In this document: in pieces, positions 25,631 through 36,790 of the stretch
Layout of the letters: each line of letters opens with the position of its first letter
How positions within the stretch are numbered: the first letter of the stretch is position 1
Assembly: GCA_028707125.1 (NCBI GenBank)
Contig: JAQTUX010000002.1
Coordinates: 272,355 to 336,354 of the forward strand
Source: Candidatus Omnitrophota bacterium
GTDB lineage: Bacteria > Omnitrophota > Gorgyraeia > Gygaellales > JAQTUX01
Length of the DNA: 64,000 nucleotides
Reading direction: 5' to 3'
The notes under the pieces: model-generated
What the model was told of the DNA's origin: nothing
What the model saw: the letters and a program-made list of their open reading frames with translations, nothing else
Databases searched by the model: none
Translations under genes and position numbers: made by a program

Positions 25631-26104
25631 TTATTCTAACGTGGCTATCCTTCCGGTCCTGACCAGCTCCTTGACCCCGAGATCCCCTAACGCCTCCAGC
25701 AGCTGCCTGATCTGCTGATGGTCTCCTACCGCCTCGATGATCGCCGTGTCTCCTTTATGCTTGATGATCTTTCCCACGCACTTGCTTAAAAGATGCTCGA
25801 GTTTTATCTTATCCCCGGGGGAATAAGCAACCTTTGCCAGCACAAGCTCGCGGTCAATATGCTCCTTTTTGGTAAAATCGGTCACGGTGATCACATCAAT
25901 AAGTTTATTGAGTTGTTTTTTTATCTGTTCCAGGATCTTCTCGTCCTGCGCCTCCACCACGATGGTCATATAGGATACGGCCGGATCCAGCGTCTGGCTT
26001 ACTGCCAGGGAGGCGATATTGTAGCCGCGCGCGCTGAACAACCCCGATATGCGCGCCAGCACCCCGAATTTATTCTCAACCAAAACTGAAATTATATGGC
26101 GCAT
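25631..26104 (-). CDS. ilvN: acetolactate synthase small (regulatory, ACT-domain) subunit
   Basis: 157 aa; ACT-domain start (MRHIISVLVENKFGVLARISGLFSARGYNI). Confidence 0.85.
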   Translation of the reverse strand: MRHIISVLVENKFGVLARISGLFSARGYNIASLAVSQTLDPAVSYMTIVVEAQDEKILEQIKKQLNKLIDVITVTDFTKKEHIDRELVLAKVAYSPGDKIKLEHLLSKCVGKIIKHKGDTAIIEAVGDHQQIRQLLEALGDLGVKELVRTGRIATLE

Positions 26105-27775
26105 TTAAGCCATGCCTCCTATCATGCGATTAATTGCCTCGCCCGCGGGCACCATAGGAAAGACATTCTCCTCCTCTTCTATCTGAAAATCCATGAACAC
26201 AACATTGTCTATTGAGAGCGCCTTCTCAATCGCCGGGCGCACCTCTTCCTTTTTCGTAACGCGTATGCCGGCCGCTCCGTAGCTCTCTGCCAACTTCACA
26301 AAGTCAGGGCCGGTAATACAGGTCTGGGAGTAACGCCTGTTATAAAACAGCTCCTGCCACTGCCTCACCATGCCTAGATAATGATTATTTAGTATCGCCA
26401 CCTTGACCGGGATCTTATTGCAGACGCAGGTCGCCAACTCCTGGATGTTCATCTGGATAGAGCCGTCCCCGGCGATATCAAACACTATTTTGTCCGGACA
26501 ACCCATCTTCGCGCCCATCGCCGCGGGAAAGCCAAAACCCATAGTGCCCAGGCCGCCGCTGGAAATGAAGGTGCGCGGTTTTTCGTATTTATACCACTGC
26601 GCCGCCCACATCTGATTCTGCCCCACCTCAGTCGTTATTATCGCCTCGCCCCTGGTCGCCTCATAGATCTGTTCTATGACGTACTGCGGCTTTATCTTTC
26701 CGGAACTGCCGTACTTGAGAGGAAGGTCCTTCCGCCATTTTTCCACCTGTTTTAACCAGGCGGCTGTATCCGGAGCTTTCTTTATAAGAGGCAGCAGACC
26801 AGCCAGTATCGTCTTCGCGTCGCCAACTATAGGTATATCCACGTTCACATTCTTGCTTATGGAAGCCGGGTCTATATCAATATGTATTATCTTCGCGTAA
26901 GGCGCGAAAACGTCAAGCCGGCCCGTCACCCTGTCGTCAAACCTCGCGCCGACGGCGATGATCAGGTCCGACTCCATTATAGCGTGGTTGGCGAAAGCCG
27001 TCCCGTGCATACCGAGCATGCCTAAAAATAATTTATGGCCTCCGGGAAAGCCGCCCATGCCCATCAATGTGGTTGTGACCGGTATGTTTGTCTTCTCCGC
27101 CAGCGCCTTCAGCTCTTTATCCGCTCCGGAAATGATCACGCCTCCTCCGGCGTAAAGAATGGGTTTCCTGCTCGCCTCTATTGCCTTTGCCGCCTTTTTT
27201 ATCTGTCCGTGATGCCCCTCATAAGTAGGGCTGTAGCCCCTCATCTTGACCTCTTCCGGCCAGACAAAATCTGTTTCCCCCAACTGCACGTCAACCGGCA
27301 AGTCGATCACAACCGGCCCGGGCCTGCCGGTAGATGCAACATAAAACGCCTCCCTTATTATCGTGCTCAATTCACCGGCGTCCTTCACCAGATAATTATG
27401 CTTTGTTATCGGGCGGGTAATGCCGGTAATATCGGCCTCTTGAAAGGCGTCGCTGCCGATAAGGTTGGTCTTGACCTGCCCTGTTATGGCGATAATGGGA
27501 ATGGAATCCATAAAGGCCGTGGCAATGCCTGTTATCAAGTTGGTTGCCCCCGGCCCGGACGTGGCAAGGCAGACCCCCACCTTACCCGTTGCGCGGGCGT
27601 AACCGTCCGCGGCGTGCGCCGCTGCCTGCTCGTGGCGCGTAAGGATGAATTTTATATCGGCGTCATACAGCTTGTCAAAAATAGGCAGCACAACGCCGCC
27701 GGGATAACCAAACATCACCCGCACGCCTTCTTTTTTAAGGCACTCGATTAAGACCTGCGCTCCCGTCATCTTCAT
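26105..27775 (-). CDS. ilvB: acetolactate synthase large (catalytic, TPP-dependent) subunit
   Basis: 556 aa with the TPP motif …[12 protein letters not shown]…NN… and biosynthetic AHAS-type sequence. Confidence 0.9.
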   Translation of the reverse strand: MKMTGAQVLIECLKKEGVRVMFGYPGGVVLPIFDKLYDADIKFILTRHEQAAAHAADGYARATGKVGVCLATSGPGATNLITGIATAFMDSIPIIAITGQVKTNLIGSDAFQEADITGITRPITKHNYLVKDAGELSTIIREAFYVASTGRPGPVVIDLPVDVQLGETDFVWPEEVKMRGYSPTYEGHHGQIKKAAKAIEASRKPILYAGGGVIISGADKELKALAEKTNIPVTTTLMGMGGFPGGHKLFLGMLGMHGTAFANHAIMESDLIIAVGARFDDRVTGRLDVFAPYAKIIHIDIDPASISKNVNVDIPIVGDAKTILAGLLPLIKKAPDTAAWLKQVEKWRKDLPLKYGSSGKIKPQYVIEQIYEATRGEAIITTEVGQNQMWAAQWYKYEKPRTFISSGGLGTMGFGFPAAMGAKMGCPDKIVFDIAGDGSIQMNIQELATCVCNKIPVKVAILNNHYLGMVRQWQELFYNRRYSQTCITGPDFVKLAESYGAAGIRVTKKEEVRPAIEKALSIDNVVFMDFQIEEEENVFPMVPAGEAINRMIGGMA

Positions 27776-27778
27776 AGT

Positions 27779-29431
27779 TTACCCCAATATCGCGCCTTTG
27801 TCCGCGGAACTCACCAGCCTGGAATACCTGGCAAGGTAACCGGTCTTAATTTTAGGCGCGACAGCTTTCCAGCCCTTAAACCTCTGTTTTATTTCAGAGG
27901 CGGTGAGCTTCGCCTCTAATTTCCTGCCAGGTATATCTATAATTATCGTATCTCCGTCCTTCAAGACCGCGATGGCGCCGCCATTGGCCGCCTCGGGAGA
28001 CACATGGCCGATGCAAGGCCCCTTTGTGCCGCCGGAGAATCTTCCGTCGGTGATCAATGCCACTGAATCCTCAAGCCCCAGCCCCACAATGGCTGCCGTC
28101 GGCGCGAGCATCTCACGCATGCCCGGCCCGCCGGCGGGCCCCTCATAACGGATGACCAGGCAGTCCCCCGGCCTTATCTTCCCGCCGAGGATCGCCCGCA
28201 TCGCCTCCTCCTCGCGGTCAAACACCTTTGCCTTGCCCGTGAATTTCATCATCTTCGCGGAAACGCCGCTCTGTTTTACTACCGCGCCGTCGGGAGCGAT
28301 ATTGCCGCGCAGGACCGCGATACCTCCCTGTTTATGATAGGCGCGGCCAAAAGGCCTGATCACCTCTTCATCGTAAATCCGCGCCGCGTCCGCGATCTCA
28401 AATATGCTCTGTCCGCTTACGGTAGCGGCATTATTCAGTTTTTCCTTCAGGCGCTTAAGCACCGCTGGTATGCCTCCGGCATACTCTAAGTCCTCCATGA
28501 AGTGTTCGCCTGCCGGTTCAAGACTCGTGATATGAGGCGTAATTTTGCCGATTTTATCAAAAATCCTTAAGTCCAACTCTATTTTGGCTTCATTGGCGAT
28601 AGCCATTAAATGCAGGACGGTATTGCTTGAACCCCCCAGGGCCATATCCGCGATAATGGCATTTTCCATGGACTTCTCTGTGATGATCTTAAGAGGAGTA
28701 ATATTTTCCCTCACCAATTCCACTATGCGCTCTCCGCTTGCTTCAGCAAGGCGGCGTTTCTTAGCAGAGGCGGCCAAAGCGCAAGCCGCGCCTGGCAAAG
28801 ACATCCCCATTGCCTCAGTAAGGCAGGCCATGGTATTCGCCGTATATAAGCCCTGGCAGGAGCCGGCGCCCGGACAGGCCTCCATTTCCAGACAGGAAAG
28901 CTCGTCCATTGAAATTGAGCCCTTTTTAGCCCGCGCCACCCCTTCAAAGGTATCGTGCACAAAGGCAAGCCGCCTCCTGCCGATACGCCCGCCGAGCATC
29001 GGGCCGGCGGTCAAGATTATCGCCGGAATGTTCAGGCGCGCCACGCCCATAAGCATACCCGGGGTGATCTTGTCGCAATTAGTAAGGCAGACGATCCCGT
29101 CTAATTGATGGGCGTTACAGACCGTCTCAATGGTATCGGCAACCAGCTCTCTTAAGGCCAATGGATAGCACATGCCTAAATGCCCCATTGCCAGCCCGTC
29201 GCAGATCCCCGGCACGCCGAAGAAAAACGGCACGCCGCCGCCGTAACATATGCCGCGCTCAATAAAACGCTCCAGATCCCTCATGCCTATGTGGCCGGGT
29301 ATCAGATCGGTGAACGATGTCGCCACGCCGATGAACGGGCGCGACATGGACCTTTTGCTCAACCCTGTCGCGTATAACAGGGCTCGGTGCGGAACGCGCT
29401 CTATGCCTTTCTTGATCGCGTCGCTTCTCAT
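27779..29431 (-). CDS. ilvD: dihydroxy-acid dehydratase
   Basis: 550 aa with IlvD/EDD-family motifs (…CDKITPG…, Fe-S ligating Cys, …SGGTKG…). Confidence 0.9.
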   Translation of the reverse strand: MRSDAIKKGIERVPHRALLYATGLSKRSMSRPFIGVATSFTDLIPGHIGMRDLERFIERGICYGGGVPFFFGVPGICDGLAMGHLGMCYPLALRELVADTIETVCNAHQLDGIVCLTNCDKITPGMLMGVARLNIPAIILTAGPMLGGRIGRRRLAFVHDTFEGVARAKKGSISMDELSCLEMEACPGAGSCQGLYTANTMACLTEAMGMSLPGAACALAASAKKRRLAEASGERIVELVRENITPLKIITEKSMENAIIADMALGGSSNTVLHLMAIANEAKIELDLRIFDKIGKITPHITSLEPAGEHFMEDLEYAGGIPAVLKRLKEKLNNAATVSGQSIFEIADAARIYDEEVIRPFGRAYHKQGGIAVLRGNIAPDGAVVKQSGVSAKMMKFTGKAKVFDREEEAMRAILGGKIRPGDCLVIRYEGPAGGPGMREMLAPTAAIVGLGLEDSVALITDGRFSGGTKGPCIGHVSPEAANGGAIAVLKDGDTIIIDIPGRKLEAKLTASEIKQRFKGWKAVAPKIKTGYLARYSRLVSSADKGAILG

Positions 29432-30757
29432 TTAATCGTCCCCCTCGCCGGTCTTCTCCACCGGCGCCACCTCTTCGCGTTTTCTTTTTATTACGCGCTT
29501 TAACTTTATATGCTTGTCAACCAGGTCCTTGTTATTGACCGCGTTTAACTGCTTGAAAAGAAAATCAAACTTCTCCTCTACCGCGTTAGCGATTGCGTCC
29601 CTTGCCTCCTGAGTAAGGTTCATAATATCTTTCTTAAACGGCCCCAACACCTTCTTCCTTGTCTTATAGAAGAACTGTTCGTCGGTCTGGCCTTCCTTTC
29701 TCTCTTCAGAGGCATTTACCTTAAGCCATTCATACATCCTTGCCTTCAATTCCTGAGGGAAACTGCCGTGTTCATAAACCATATTCTGGAACTCCGTGGC
29801 AAGATGCACCTCCGCCGTATCTGATTCAACGAATTTATGGAACGCCTCGGCGGGCAGGGTGGACGCGCCGTGCTGCACCGCGCCTGCCAGGCCGTATTCT
29901 TTCTTTGCCAACTCCGACAACGCCTTTAACGTATCAAAGTCCAGATTCACCTTCGCTATGGAACCGTCGGGCAGGACTACCCCTCCGTGCGATGTGCCTG
30001 TTTGTATGCTGATCTTACTGATGCCTTCCCTGCCCTTTCTCAGGGACTCGGTGTATCCTCCCATAAAAGCGCGCAGGTCTTCAGGCGTTGAGTTCTTGCT
30101 GCCTACCTCGCCTATCTCTCCGCCCACGGAAACCTGTATGCCTCTGGGCTGTATCTGGCGTATATACTGGGTGAGTTTGGCGCATACCTCATAGTTATCC
30201 CTCTGCTGCTTCTTTATGTCTGTCTTACTCAGGTCGACCAGCGTGGAAGAATCAATATCTATATTGTAAAAATGGGCGTCTATTGCCTCGTTAATGATCG
30301 CCTTTAGCCCCTCTATTTCTTTATCTGGGTTATCGGCAAATTTCTTCGCGTTGACCTGAAAGTGGTCTCCCTGTATGAATACGGGCCCCCTGTATCCCTC
30401 CTTGACCGCCGCGGCCAAAACTACCGCGCTATACTCTATGGGCGGCTGGTTAGTGTACCCCATCTCTGATTTGGCGATCTCAAAGATAAAGGCGCCGGAG
30501 TTATTCTTTAAGGCGACCCGGAAGATCGCCTTTGCCAGGTCATAGGTAAGGGTGCGCAGGTTTATCGCCGGAACAGTAAGGCCGGAAAATTCTCCTCTGC
30601 CCCTGGCCTTATAGAAGTCATGTATAGAAGAAGGGTATACCCCTTTCTTGTAGGCGATATCAACCAGCTTCTTTGCCAGCGCCTTCTTTTTGCCGAAATC
30701 ATCTTCCAGCACCAATTCCTTTACCAGTTTGTCCATATCAAGCGGCCGCCTTCCCAT
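29432..30757 (-). CDS. fba: class II (metal-dependent) fructose-bisphosphate aldolase, long form
   Basis: 441 aa. Class II aldolase pattern (…PVFIQGDHFQ… metal-binding His, TIM-barrel periodicity). The long-form assignment is made by eye; its position between ilvD and pfkA supports a glycolytic role. Confidence 0.6.
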   Translation of the reverse strand: MGRRPLDMDKLVKELVLEDDFGKKKALAKKLVDIAYKKGVYPSSIHDFYKARGRGEFSGLTVPAINLRTLTYDLAKAIFRVALKNNSGAFIFEIAKSEMGYTNQPPIEYSAVVLAAAVKEGYRGPVFIQGDHFQVNAKKFADNPDKEIEGLKAIINEAIDAHFYNIDIDSSTLVDLSKTDIKKQQRDNYEVCAKLTQYIRQIQPRGIQVSVGGEIGEVGSKNSTPEDLRAFMGGYTESLRKGREGISKISIQTGTSHGGVVLPDGSIAKVNLDFDTLKALSELAKKEYGLAGAVQHGASTLPAEAFHKFVESDTAEVHLATEFQNMVYEHGSFPQELKARMYEWLKVNASEERKEGQTDEQFFYKTRKKVLGPFKKDIMNLTQEARDAIANAVEEKFDFLFKQLNAVNNKDLVDKHIKLKRVIKRKREEVAPVEKTGEGDD

Positions 30758-30769
30758 ATAATTACCCCC

Positions 30770-31735
30770 TTAGCTGAGCAGTTTGATTAAAGCGTAAAAT
30801 TCATCCGTATTAAATTCTTTCCTGGTTATAGCCGATTTCAGGTCTACTTCGCCTATATTGCCGTCGCGTAATCCCACGACCTTATTGACCTTGCCCTTAA
30901 GCAGGCAATCTACGGCGTGCCTGCCCAGCCTCAACGCCAATTCGCGGCTGGCGGCGGTAGGGCGGCCGCCTCTTTGCACATGGCCCAGCACTACCGCGCG
31001 CGTATCCAGATCAGTCAGGTCTTTGATCTGAGCGGCGATGTCTTCTGCCCTGGCCGCGCCCTCGGCAACGACAATGATCCAGCTGACCTTCCCCCTTAGA
31101 TTGCCCTCTACTATATCGTGGCAGATATTCCCTATATCAAATTTTCTCTCCGGGATTATCACCTCTTCGCATCCGCCGCAGAGAGCCACAGAGAGCGCGA
31201 TATAGCCGCTGTCCCTGCCCATCACCTCTACCACAAAGACCCTCTCCATAGAGGTCGCGGTATCGCGTATATTATCAATGGCGGAAAGCGCCGTGTTTAT
31301 CGCCGTGTCCGAACCTATGGTCGCGTCTATTCCGTTAATATCATTATCTATGGAGGCGGGGATGCCGGCCACGGGCACCTTGTATTTCAGATAAAATTCA
31401 TGTGCCGCCGTGAAACTGCCGTTGCCGCCGATGACCGCCATCGCGTCTATGGAATACTTCTTCAGGGTCTCGTATGCCCTCTTCTGGCCTTCCTCGGTAT
31501 GGAACTCCGGGCAGCGCGCGGTCTTAAGTATCGTCCCTCCCTGATTGATTATCCCGGAGACAGAACGGCTGTTCAATATCCTGGTCTCATCGTTGATCAG
31601 GCCCCACCAGCCGCGTTCTATCCCCCTTACCTCTAAACCATGGGCTTGCGCTGAACGCACCACTGACCGTATTGCCGCGTTCATCCCCGGCGCGTCCCCG
31701 CCGGTGGTCAATACAGCTATCTTCTTAATGGACAT
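30770..31735 (-). CDS. pfkA: ATP-dependent 6-phosphofructokinase
   Basis: 321 aa with GGDAPGMNAAIR, …GGNGS…, and a GRDSG-type substrate motif (MGRDSG); the GGDGS motif reads GGNGS here. Confidence 0.9.
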   Translation of the reverse strand: MSIKKIAVLTTGGDAPGMNAAIRSVVRSAQAHGLEVRGIERGWWGLINDETRILNSRSVSGIINQGGTILKTARCPEFHTEEGQKRAYETLKKYSIDAMAVIGGNGSFTAAHEFYLKYKVPVAGIPASIDNDINGIDATIGSDTAINTALSAIDNIRDTATSMERVFVVEVMGRDSGYIALSVALCGGCEEVIIPERKFDIGNICHDIVEGNLRGKVSWIIVVAEGAARAEDIAAQIKDLTDLDTRAVVLGHVQRGGRPTAASRELALRLGRHAVDCLLKGKVNKVVGLRDGNIGEVDLKSAITRKEFNTDEFYALIKLLS

Positions 31736-31740
31736 ATGCT

Positions 31741-31836
31741 TTAGCGAAAAGTGTAAAGCGCAAAGCGTAAAACCAAAACTTAAAGTTTAAAGTTTTACAC
31801 TTTAGTTTTGCGCTTTTCGCTTTACGTTTTACGCTT
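31741..31836. repeat. heptad-phased imperfect palindrome (GCGNAAA)n…(TTTNCGC)n, copy A
   Basis: Seen directly: agcgaaaagtgtaaagcgcaaagcgtaaaaccaaaacttaaagtttaaagttttacactttagttttgcgcttttcgctttacgttttacgctt. Shares a 42-nt core (1 mismatch) and a 23-nt block with the element at 50221-50345. Lies between the pfkA start and the ahcY stop. Confidence 0.85.
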
Positions 31837-33102
31837 CTAAGTTCCTTCTTCCCAACTGGAAAGATACTTCTCCTGCTTTGGCGTCAATCTATCCACCCTT
31901 ATCCCCAGGGATTTCAATTTCAAAGCGGCGATGTCTTTGTCTATTTCTTGAGGCACCGAATACACCTTCTTCTCAAGAAAGCTGTAATTCTTACTTATAT
32001 ATTCCGCTGAAAGCGCCTGGTTCGCGAACGACATATCCATGACCGAAGCGGGATGGCCTTCTGCGGCGGCGAGGTTGATCAGGCGGCCTTCTCCTAAAAG
32101 ATATACCCTCTTTCCCGCGGCAAGCGTGTATTCATCCACGAATTCCCTGATCCTGCGTTTCTTCCTTGCCATCTTTTCCAGGTCGGATATGTCTATCTCC
32201 ACGTTAAAATGGCCTGAATTGCATACTATGGCGCCATCCTTCATCTTTTGAAAATGTTCCTTTCTTATTACGCTTATATCGCCCGTGGTGGTCACGAATA
32301 TATCGCCTATGGCGGCGGCCTGCGCGACAGGCATGACCATATTGCCGTCCATTACCGCCTCAAGCGCCCTTAAGGGGTCTGTCTCCACGACTATTACGTT
32401 AGACCCCATCCCCTTAGCCCTCATGGCTACGCCCCTGCCGCAGAAACCGTAACCGCAGACAACAAAGCTCAGGCCGCAGAGGAGCTTGTTGGTCGCGCGC
32501 AATATGCCGTCTATTGTGGACTGGCCGGTGCCGTAACGGTTGTCAAAAAGATGCTTTGTATCCGCGTCATTGACGGCTATGATCGGGTATTGCAGCGCCG
32601 CGTCCTTCTCCATCGCCTTAAGCCGTATTACTCCGGTCGTGGTCTCCTCTGTCCCCCCCAATATCCCCTCAAACGCGCCTCTCTTGTGAATGGTGGAAAC
32701 CAGGTCCGCTCCGTCATCCATGGTTATGTTCGGATTTATGGAAAGCGCCGCGTCAATATGCTTATAATAGGTCTTTGTGTCTTCGCCTTTGATGGCAAAG
32801 ACAGGGATGCGGAAATCCTTCACTAAAGACGCTGCCACGTCATCCTGAGTGGACAGCGGGTTTGAGGCGCAGATCGTAACGTCTGCCCCGCCAATTTTTA
32901 GCGCGTTAGCCAACACGCCGGTCTCAGTCGTAACGTGAAGACAGGCGGCGAGTTTTATGCCCTTAAGCGGCCTCTCTTTTTTAAACCTTTCTTCTATCAG
33001 CCCCAGAACAGGCATATTATTCTTTGCCCATTCTATCCTTAATTTACCCTTTGCCGCTAATCCTAAGCTCTTGACATCATACTTCACTTTAATCCTCCTC
33101 AT
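31837..33102 (-). CDS. ahcY: adenosylhomocysteinase
   Basis: 421 aa with a NAD Rossmann (…[11 protein letters not shown]…) and conserved SAHH motifs. Confidence 0.9.
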   Translation of the reverse strand: MRRIKVKYDVKSLGLAAKGKLRIEWAKNNMPVLGLIEERFKKERPLKGIKLAACLHVTTETGVLANALKIGGADVTICASNPLSTQDDVAASLVKDFRIPVFAIKGEDTKTYYKHIDAALSINPNITMDDGADLVSTIHKRGAFEGILGGTEETTTGVIRLKAMEKDAALQYPIIAVNDADTKHLFDNRYGTGQSTIDGILRATNKLLCGLSFVVCGYGFCGRGVAMRAKGMGSNVIVVETDPLRALEAVMDGNMVMPVAQAAAIGDIFVTTTGDISVIRKEHFQKMKDGAIVCNSGHFNVEIDISDLEKMARKKRRIREFVDEYTLAAGKRVYLLGEGRLINLAAAEGHPASVMDMSFANQALSAEYISKNYSFLEKKVYSVPQEIDKDIAALKLKSLGIRVDRLTPKQEKYLSSWEEGT

Positions 33103-33128
33103 TCCCCACGCGTAAGTGTGGGGTAAGA

Positions 33129-34286
33129 TTATGCTCCTTTTTGCAAGGCGTGCGCCTTATCCGTTTTCTCCCAGGTAAAGCCCTCTTCTTCTCTGCCGAA
33201 ATGGCCGTAGGCGGCGGTCTGCCTGAACTTCGGCTTGAGCAGGTCCAGGGTCTTGATCATCCCCTTGGGCGTAAGATCGAAATTCTTTTCTATCAGCATG
33301 ATTATCTTTTCATCCGGCATCTCGGTCGTCCCGTAGGTATCAACCATTATGGATACCGGTTCCGGCCTTCCGATGACATAGGCAAGCTGGACCCAGCATT
33401 TCCGGGCAAGCTTTGCCGCCACTATGTTCTTGGCGATATAGCGCGCCATATACGCCCCGGAACGGTCAACCTTTGTGGGGTCCTTGCCGGAAAACGCGCC
33501 TCCGCCGTGCGAAACCGTGCCCCCATAAGTATCAACCACTATCTTTCTGCCGGTCATGCCGGTATCGGACTGCGGCCCGCCGATAAGGAATTTTCCCGTT
33601 TCATTTACGTAAAACTTGGTATTCTTGTCTATCCGGTCCGCCACAATGGGCTTTGCTATGACCTCTATCATTTCCTCTCTTGCCCTGGGCGTTATCTTGT
33701 CTCCGCCGGCATCAAGTATGTCGTCGGTATGCTGGCAGGCGAGGGTAACTGCCTCGATCCTCCCGGGATGGCCGCCGTCATACTCAACCGTAACTTGAGA
33801 TTTACAGTCAGGCCCCAGGTATTTAAGCACTCCCTCTTTCCTGACCTGCGCTACGCGCCTCACCAGCCTGTGTGAAAGCATTATGGGCAAAGGCATAAGT
33901 TCCGGCGTCTCATCGCAGGCAAACCCTATCATAACACCCTGGTCCCCGGCGCCGCCCCTGTCAACTCCCTGGGAAATATCGGGCGACTGGGAATGTATCG
34001 TATTGATTATGGCGCAGGTCTCATAATCCAGCCCGTATTTGGGATGGGTATACCCTATTTCTTTAAGAACGCGCCTAGCCAACTTATGGACATCAACATA
34101 GGTATGCGTGGTGATCTCGCCGCCCACTATAGTCAAACCCATGGTGACGTACGTTTCGCAGGCAACCCTGCCATGAGGATCGTTTTTCAGAACCTCGTCC
34201 AATACCGCGTCCGAGATCTGGTCGCAGACCTTATCCGGATGCCCCTCGCCTACCGACTCCGAAGTAAAAAATCGCTTGTATTCCAT
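33129..34286 (-). CDS. metK: S-adenosylmethionine synthetase
   Basis: 385 aa with …GEGHPDK…, …GAGDQG… and …GGGAFSGKD… MAT signatures. Confidence 0.95.
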   Translation of the reverse strand: MEYKRFFTSESVGEGHPDKVCDQISDAVLDEVLKNDPHGRVACETYVTMGLTIVGGEITTHTYVDVHKLARRVLKEIGYTHPKYGLDYETCAIINTIHSQSPDISQGVDRGGAGDQGVMIGFACDETPELMPLPIMLSHRLVRRVAQVRKEGVLKYLGPDCKSQVTVEYDGGHPGRIEAVTLACQHTDDILDAGGDKITPRAREEMIEVIAKPIVADRIDKNTKFYVNETGKFLIGGPQSDTGMTGRKIVVDTYGGTVSHGGGAFSGKDPTKVDRSGAYMARYIAKNIVAAKLARKCWVQLAYVIGRPEPVSIMVDTYGTTEMPDEKIIMLIEKNFDLTPKGMIKTLDLLKPKFRQTAAYGHFGREEEGFTWEKTDKAHALQKGA

Positions 34287-35054
34287 TTAACTTTGCTCTC
34301 CTTTCTGTACGCCCGGCTTTGCAAACTGCAATTTTGCCTGATTGTAAAGATTATGGTGGCCGATATCAAACCACCTGCCGCTGAAAACAAACCCGTATAC
34401 AGGGCACCTGCCCCTGAGCCAATCTATGTAGAAACCCGATGCGTCCTGGTTGTTTTTTCTGTCGCTCATATACTCTCCGATAAGCCCGACCCGCGCCCTG
34501 GGAAAATAATACAGGCACATCGCGATCAGCGCCGAGACGGGTTCTTTCGGCTTTTCCTTGAAATCAAGGATCTTATTATCCTCGTCAATATACGCTACGC
34601 CGTATTTCTTCGCCTGTTCCCTGCTCTTTATGTCATAGAGCCCTACGCAGGGAGAGCCGCCTTTTTCCTTCGCGAATTTTACGAAGCCGCTTAAAGAGCC
34701 GTCAAACAGGTTGTCTCCCCCCACCACCAGCAGATCGTCGTCTATGCGCTCATGCTTCAGCGCGTAAAACATATCGCCTATCGCGCCGAGCTTTTCCTTC
34801 TCGCCCTTTGTCCGGTCGTTAATGATCTTGATGTCTTTATCCGTCTTCAGCGCTGACGCCCACTTCTGAAAACGGCTGAAAAACCTGTCGTTGGTTATCA
34901 CGAATATTGTATCTACCTCTTTAACACCTTCTATTTTCCCGACTATGTAGTCTATTATGGGCCTTCTGCCTACCTTGAGCAGGGGTTTGGGAAAGTCCCT
35001 GGTCAAAGGATAAAGCCGGGTGGCATATCCTGCGGCAAGGATCAACGCTTTCAT
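34287..35054 (-). CDS. sugar-phosphate nucleotidyltransferase (NTP_transferase family)
   Basis: 255 aa with an N-terminal LILAAGYATRLYPLT nucleotidyltransferase motif. Substrate cannot be assigned from sequence. Confidence 0.65.
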   Translation of the reverse strand: MKALILAAGYATRLYPLTRDFPKPLLKVGRRPIIDYIVGKIEGVKEVDTIFVITNDRFFSRFQKWASALKTDKDIKIINDRTKGEKEKLGAIGDMFYALKHERIDDDLLVVGGDNLFDGSLSGFVKFAKEKGGSPCVGLYDIKSREQAKKYGVAYIDEDNKILDFKEKPKEPVSALIAMCLYYFPRARVGLIGEYMSDRKNNQDASGFYIDWLRGRCPVYGFVFSGRWFDIGHHNLYNQAKLQFAKPGVQKGEQS

Positions 35055-36790
35055 TTAGACAGCTCTTTAAATTTTTTCTGAATGAAATCCTCTACTTCCC
35101 GGCCGGTAGAAAAGGTCAACGCCTTACGGGAGATCTCCGACGCCTCTTTCATCGTCACCGACCTTATGACCTGTTTTACCTCCGGTATATTAACAGGGGG
35201 CATGCTGAATTCATCGAGGCCAAGCCCTAAAAGGACCAGCACAAAATAAGGGTCGCCGGCCATTTCTCCGCACATACCCACCCATCTGCCCGCGTTATGC
35301 CCCGCTTCAATTACGCTCTTTATCATCCTAAGCACCGCCGGATGCGCCGGCTCATAAAGATAGGCGATCTTTTCGTTGGTCCTGTCTATTGCCAGAGAAT
35401 ACTGGATAAGGTCATTGGTGCCTATACTGAAAAAAGAGGCCTCCTTTGCCAGGATGTCTGCCGTAAGCGCCGCCGAAGGCACCTCTATCATCGCGCCGAC
35501 CTCCAATTTATCGTTGAAGGGTGTCTTTTGCTTCTTCAGTTCCGCCTTGCATTCTTCAAGGATCAAATTGGTCTGTTTCAGCTCTTCTATGCCGGAGATC
35601 ATCGGATACATAAGCTTAAGGTTGCCGTAGACCGACGCCCTCAATATCGCCCGAAGCTGCACCTTGAAGATATCCGGCCGCGCCAGGCAGAACCTTATCG
35701 CCCTCCAGCCAAGGAACGGATGCATGTCGTGCGGCACCTCTAATTGCGACACGAATTTATCCCCGCCCAGGTCCAGCGTCCTGATGATCACGGGGTGGGG
35801 CTTGACCTTTTCGGCAACATGTTTATACGCCTGGAAATGCTCCTCCTCCGAAGGCAGGCCCTTCCTGTTCATATAGAAGAACTCCGTCCTGTAAAGCCCT
35901 ATGCCCCGCGCCCCGTGCTCGATCACCGACGGCAGCTCTTCGGGCAATTCCATATTCGCGGCGATCTCCACGCGCTTTCCGTCAAGCGTCTCCGGGGGCA
36001 GGTCCCTTAAGGAAGAGTACCTGCGCGTAAGTTCAATATAGCGCGACTGCTCCTTTACATATTCCTTGAGCGTCTTCTCGTCCGGATTGACGATCACGAT
36101 ACCCGCCGAGCCGTCCACTATCAGCATATCGCCGTGCGCTATCTTCTTTGTGGCCTCCTCCACGCCTACCACCGCGGATATCTCAAGCGACTTTGCCATG
36201 ATCGCCGTATGCGAGGTCTTGCCGCCTATATCGGTGACAAAGGCGCAGACGTTCTGCTTGTGCATTGCCGCGGTATCCGAAGGAGAAAGGTCATGCGCTA
36301 CCACGATCACCTTATCTTTTATATCTCCCAGCCCTCTTTTCTTCTCCCCCAACAGGTGGCGCAACACCCTTCTGGAGACGTCGTTTACGTCCGCTATCCT
36401 CTCCCTGAGATACTCGTCTTTAGTGCGCGAAAGCACGGATACATACTTCTTTAAGACCTCGGAAAATATAAATGCCACCGAGAGGCGCTCCTTCTTCAGG
36501 CGGGAGATGACCTCCTCTATGAGCATGCGGTCTTCCAGCACCAGCAGGTGCGCGTCAAAGATCTCCGCCGCCTCCTGGCCCATATCGTCGGAGATCTTCC
36601 GCTGAAGCGATACTATCTCTTTTCTGGTGTTAATAAGCGCCTCTTCCAATGCCTGTATCTCAAAAGGGATGCGTTCGGCGCCTATGGCAGAGCGCGGCAC
36701 GATAAAATCCTCCTTGCCCAGGATATAGGCCGGGCCCGAAGTTATCCCCGGCGCGGCCGGTATGCCTTTTAATTTGACCATCTCATTCAT
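35051..36790 (-). CDS. ptsI: phosphoenolpyruvate-protein phosphotransferase (PTS enzyme I)
   Basis: …GGKTSHTAIMAKSLEI… active-site His region and PEP-utilising C-terminal domain. The start is set at MNEMVKLKG (36790), overlapping the ptsH stop; the ORF-track start is 36859. Confidence 0.85.
   Translation of the reverse strand: MNEMVKLKGIPAAPGITSGPAYILGKEDFIVPRSAIGAERIPFEIQALEEALINTRKEIVSLQRKISDDMGQEAAEIFDAHLLVLEDRMLIEEVISRLKKERLSVAFIFSEVLKKYVSVLSRTKDEYLRERIADVNDVSRRVLRHLLGEKKRGLGDIKDKVIVVAHDLSPSDTAAMHKQNVCAFVTDIGGKTSHTAIMAKSLEISAVVGVEEATKKIAHGDMLIVDGSAGIVIVNPDEKTLKEYVKEQSRYIELTRRYSSLRDLPPETLDGKRVEIAANMELPEELPSVIEHGARGIGLYRTEFFYMNRKGLPSEEEHFQAYKHVAEKVKPHPVIIRTLDLGGDKFVSQLEVPHDMHPFLGWRAIRFCLARPDIFKVQLRAILRASVYGNLKLMYPMISGIEELKQTNLILEECKAELKKQKTPFNDKLEVGAMIEVPSAALTADILAKEASFFSIGTNDLIQYSLAIDRTNEKIAYLYEPAHPAVLRMIKSVIEAGHNAGRWVGMCGEMAGDPYFVLVLLGLGLDEFSMPPVNIPEVKQVIRSVTMKEASEISRKALTFSTGREVEDFIQKKFKELSK

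Noticed and set aside
27035-27751. 238-aa plus-strand ORF inside ilvB; similar long antisense ORFs at 33141-33875 (in metK), 37431-38255 (in yvcK), 35297-35743 and 36066-36605 (in ptsI), 44204-44653 and 44608-44991 (in the oxidoreductase and lpxB), 62509-63102 (in the tandem-domain gene) and 14599-15072 (in pgi)
   Set aside because: Each lies wholly antisense to a confidently identified, conserved enzyme gene. They show Arg/Pro/Gly-rich low-complexity composition typical of reverse-frame translation of mid-GC coding DNA, and no family resemblance or RBS.
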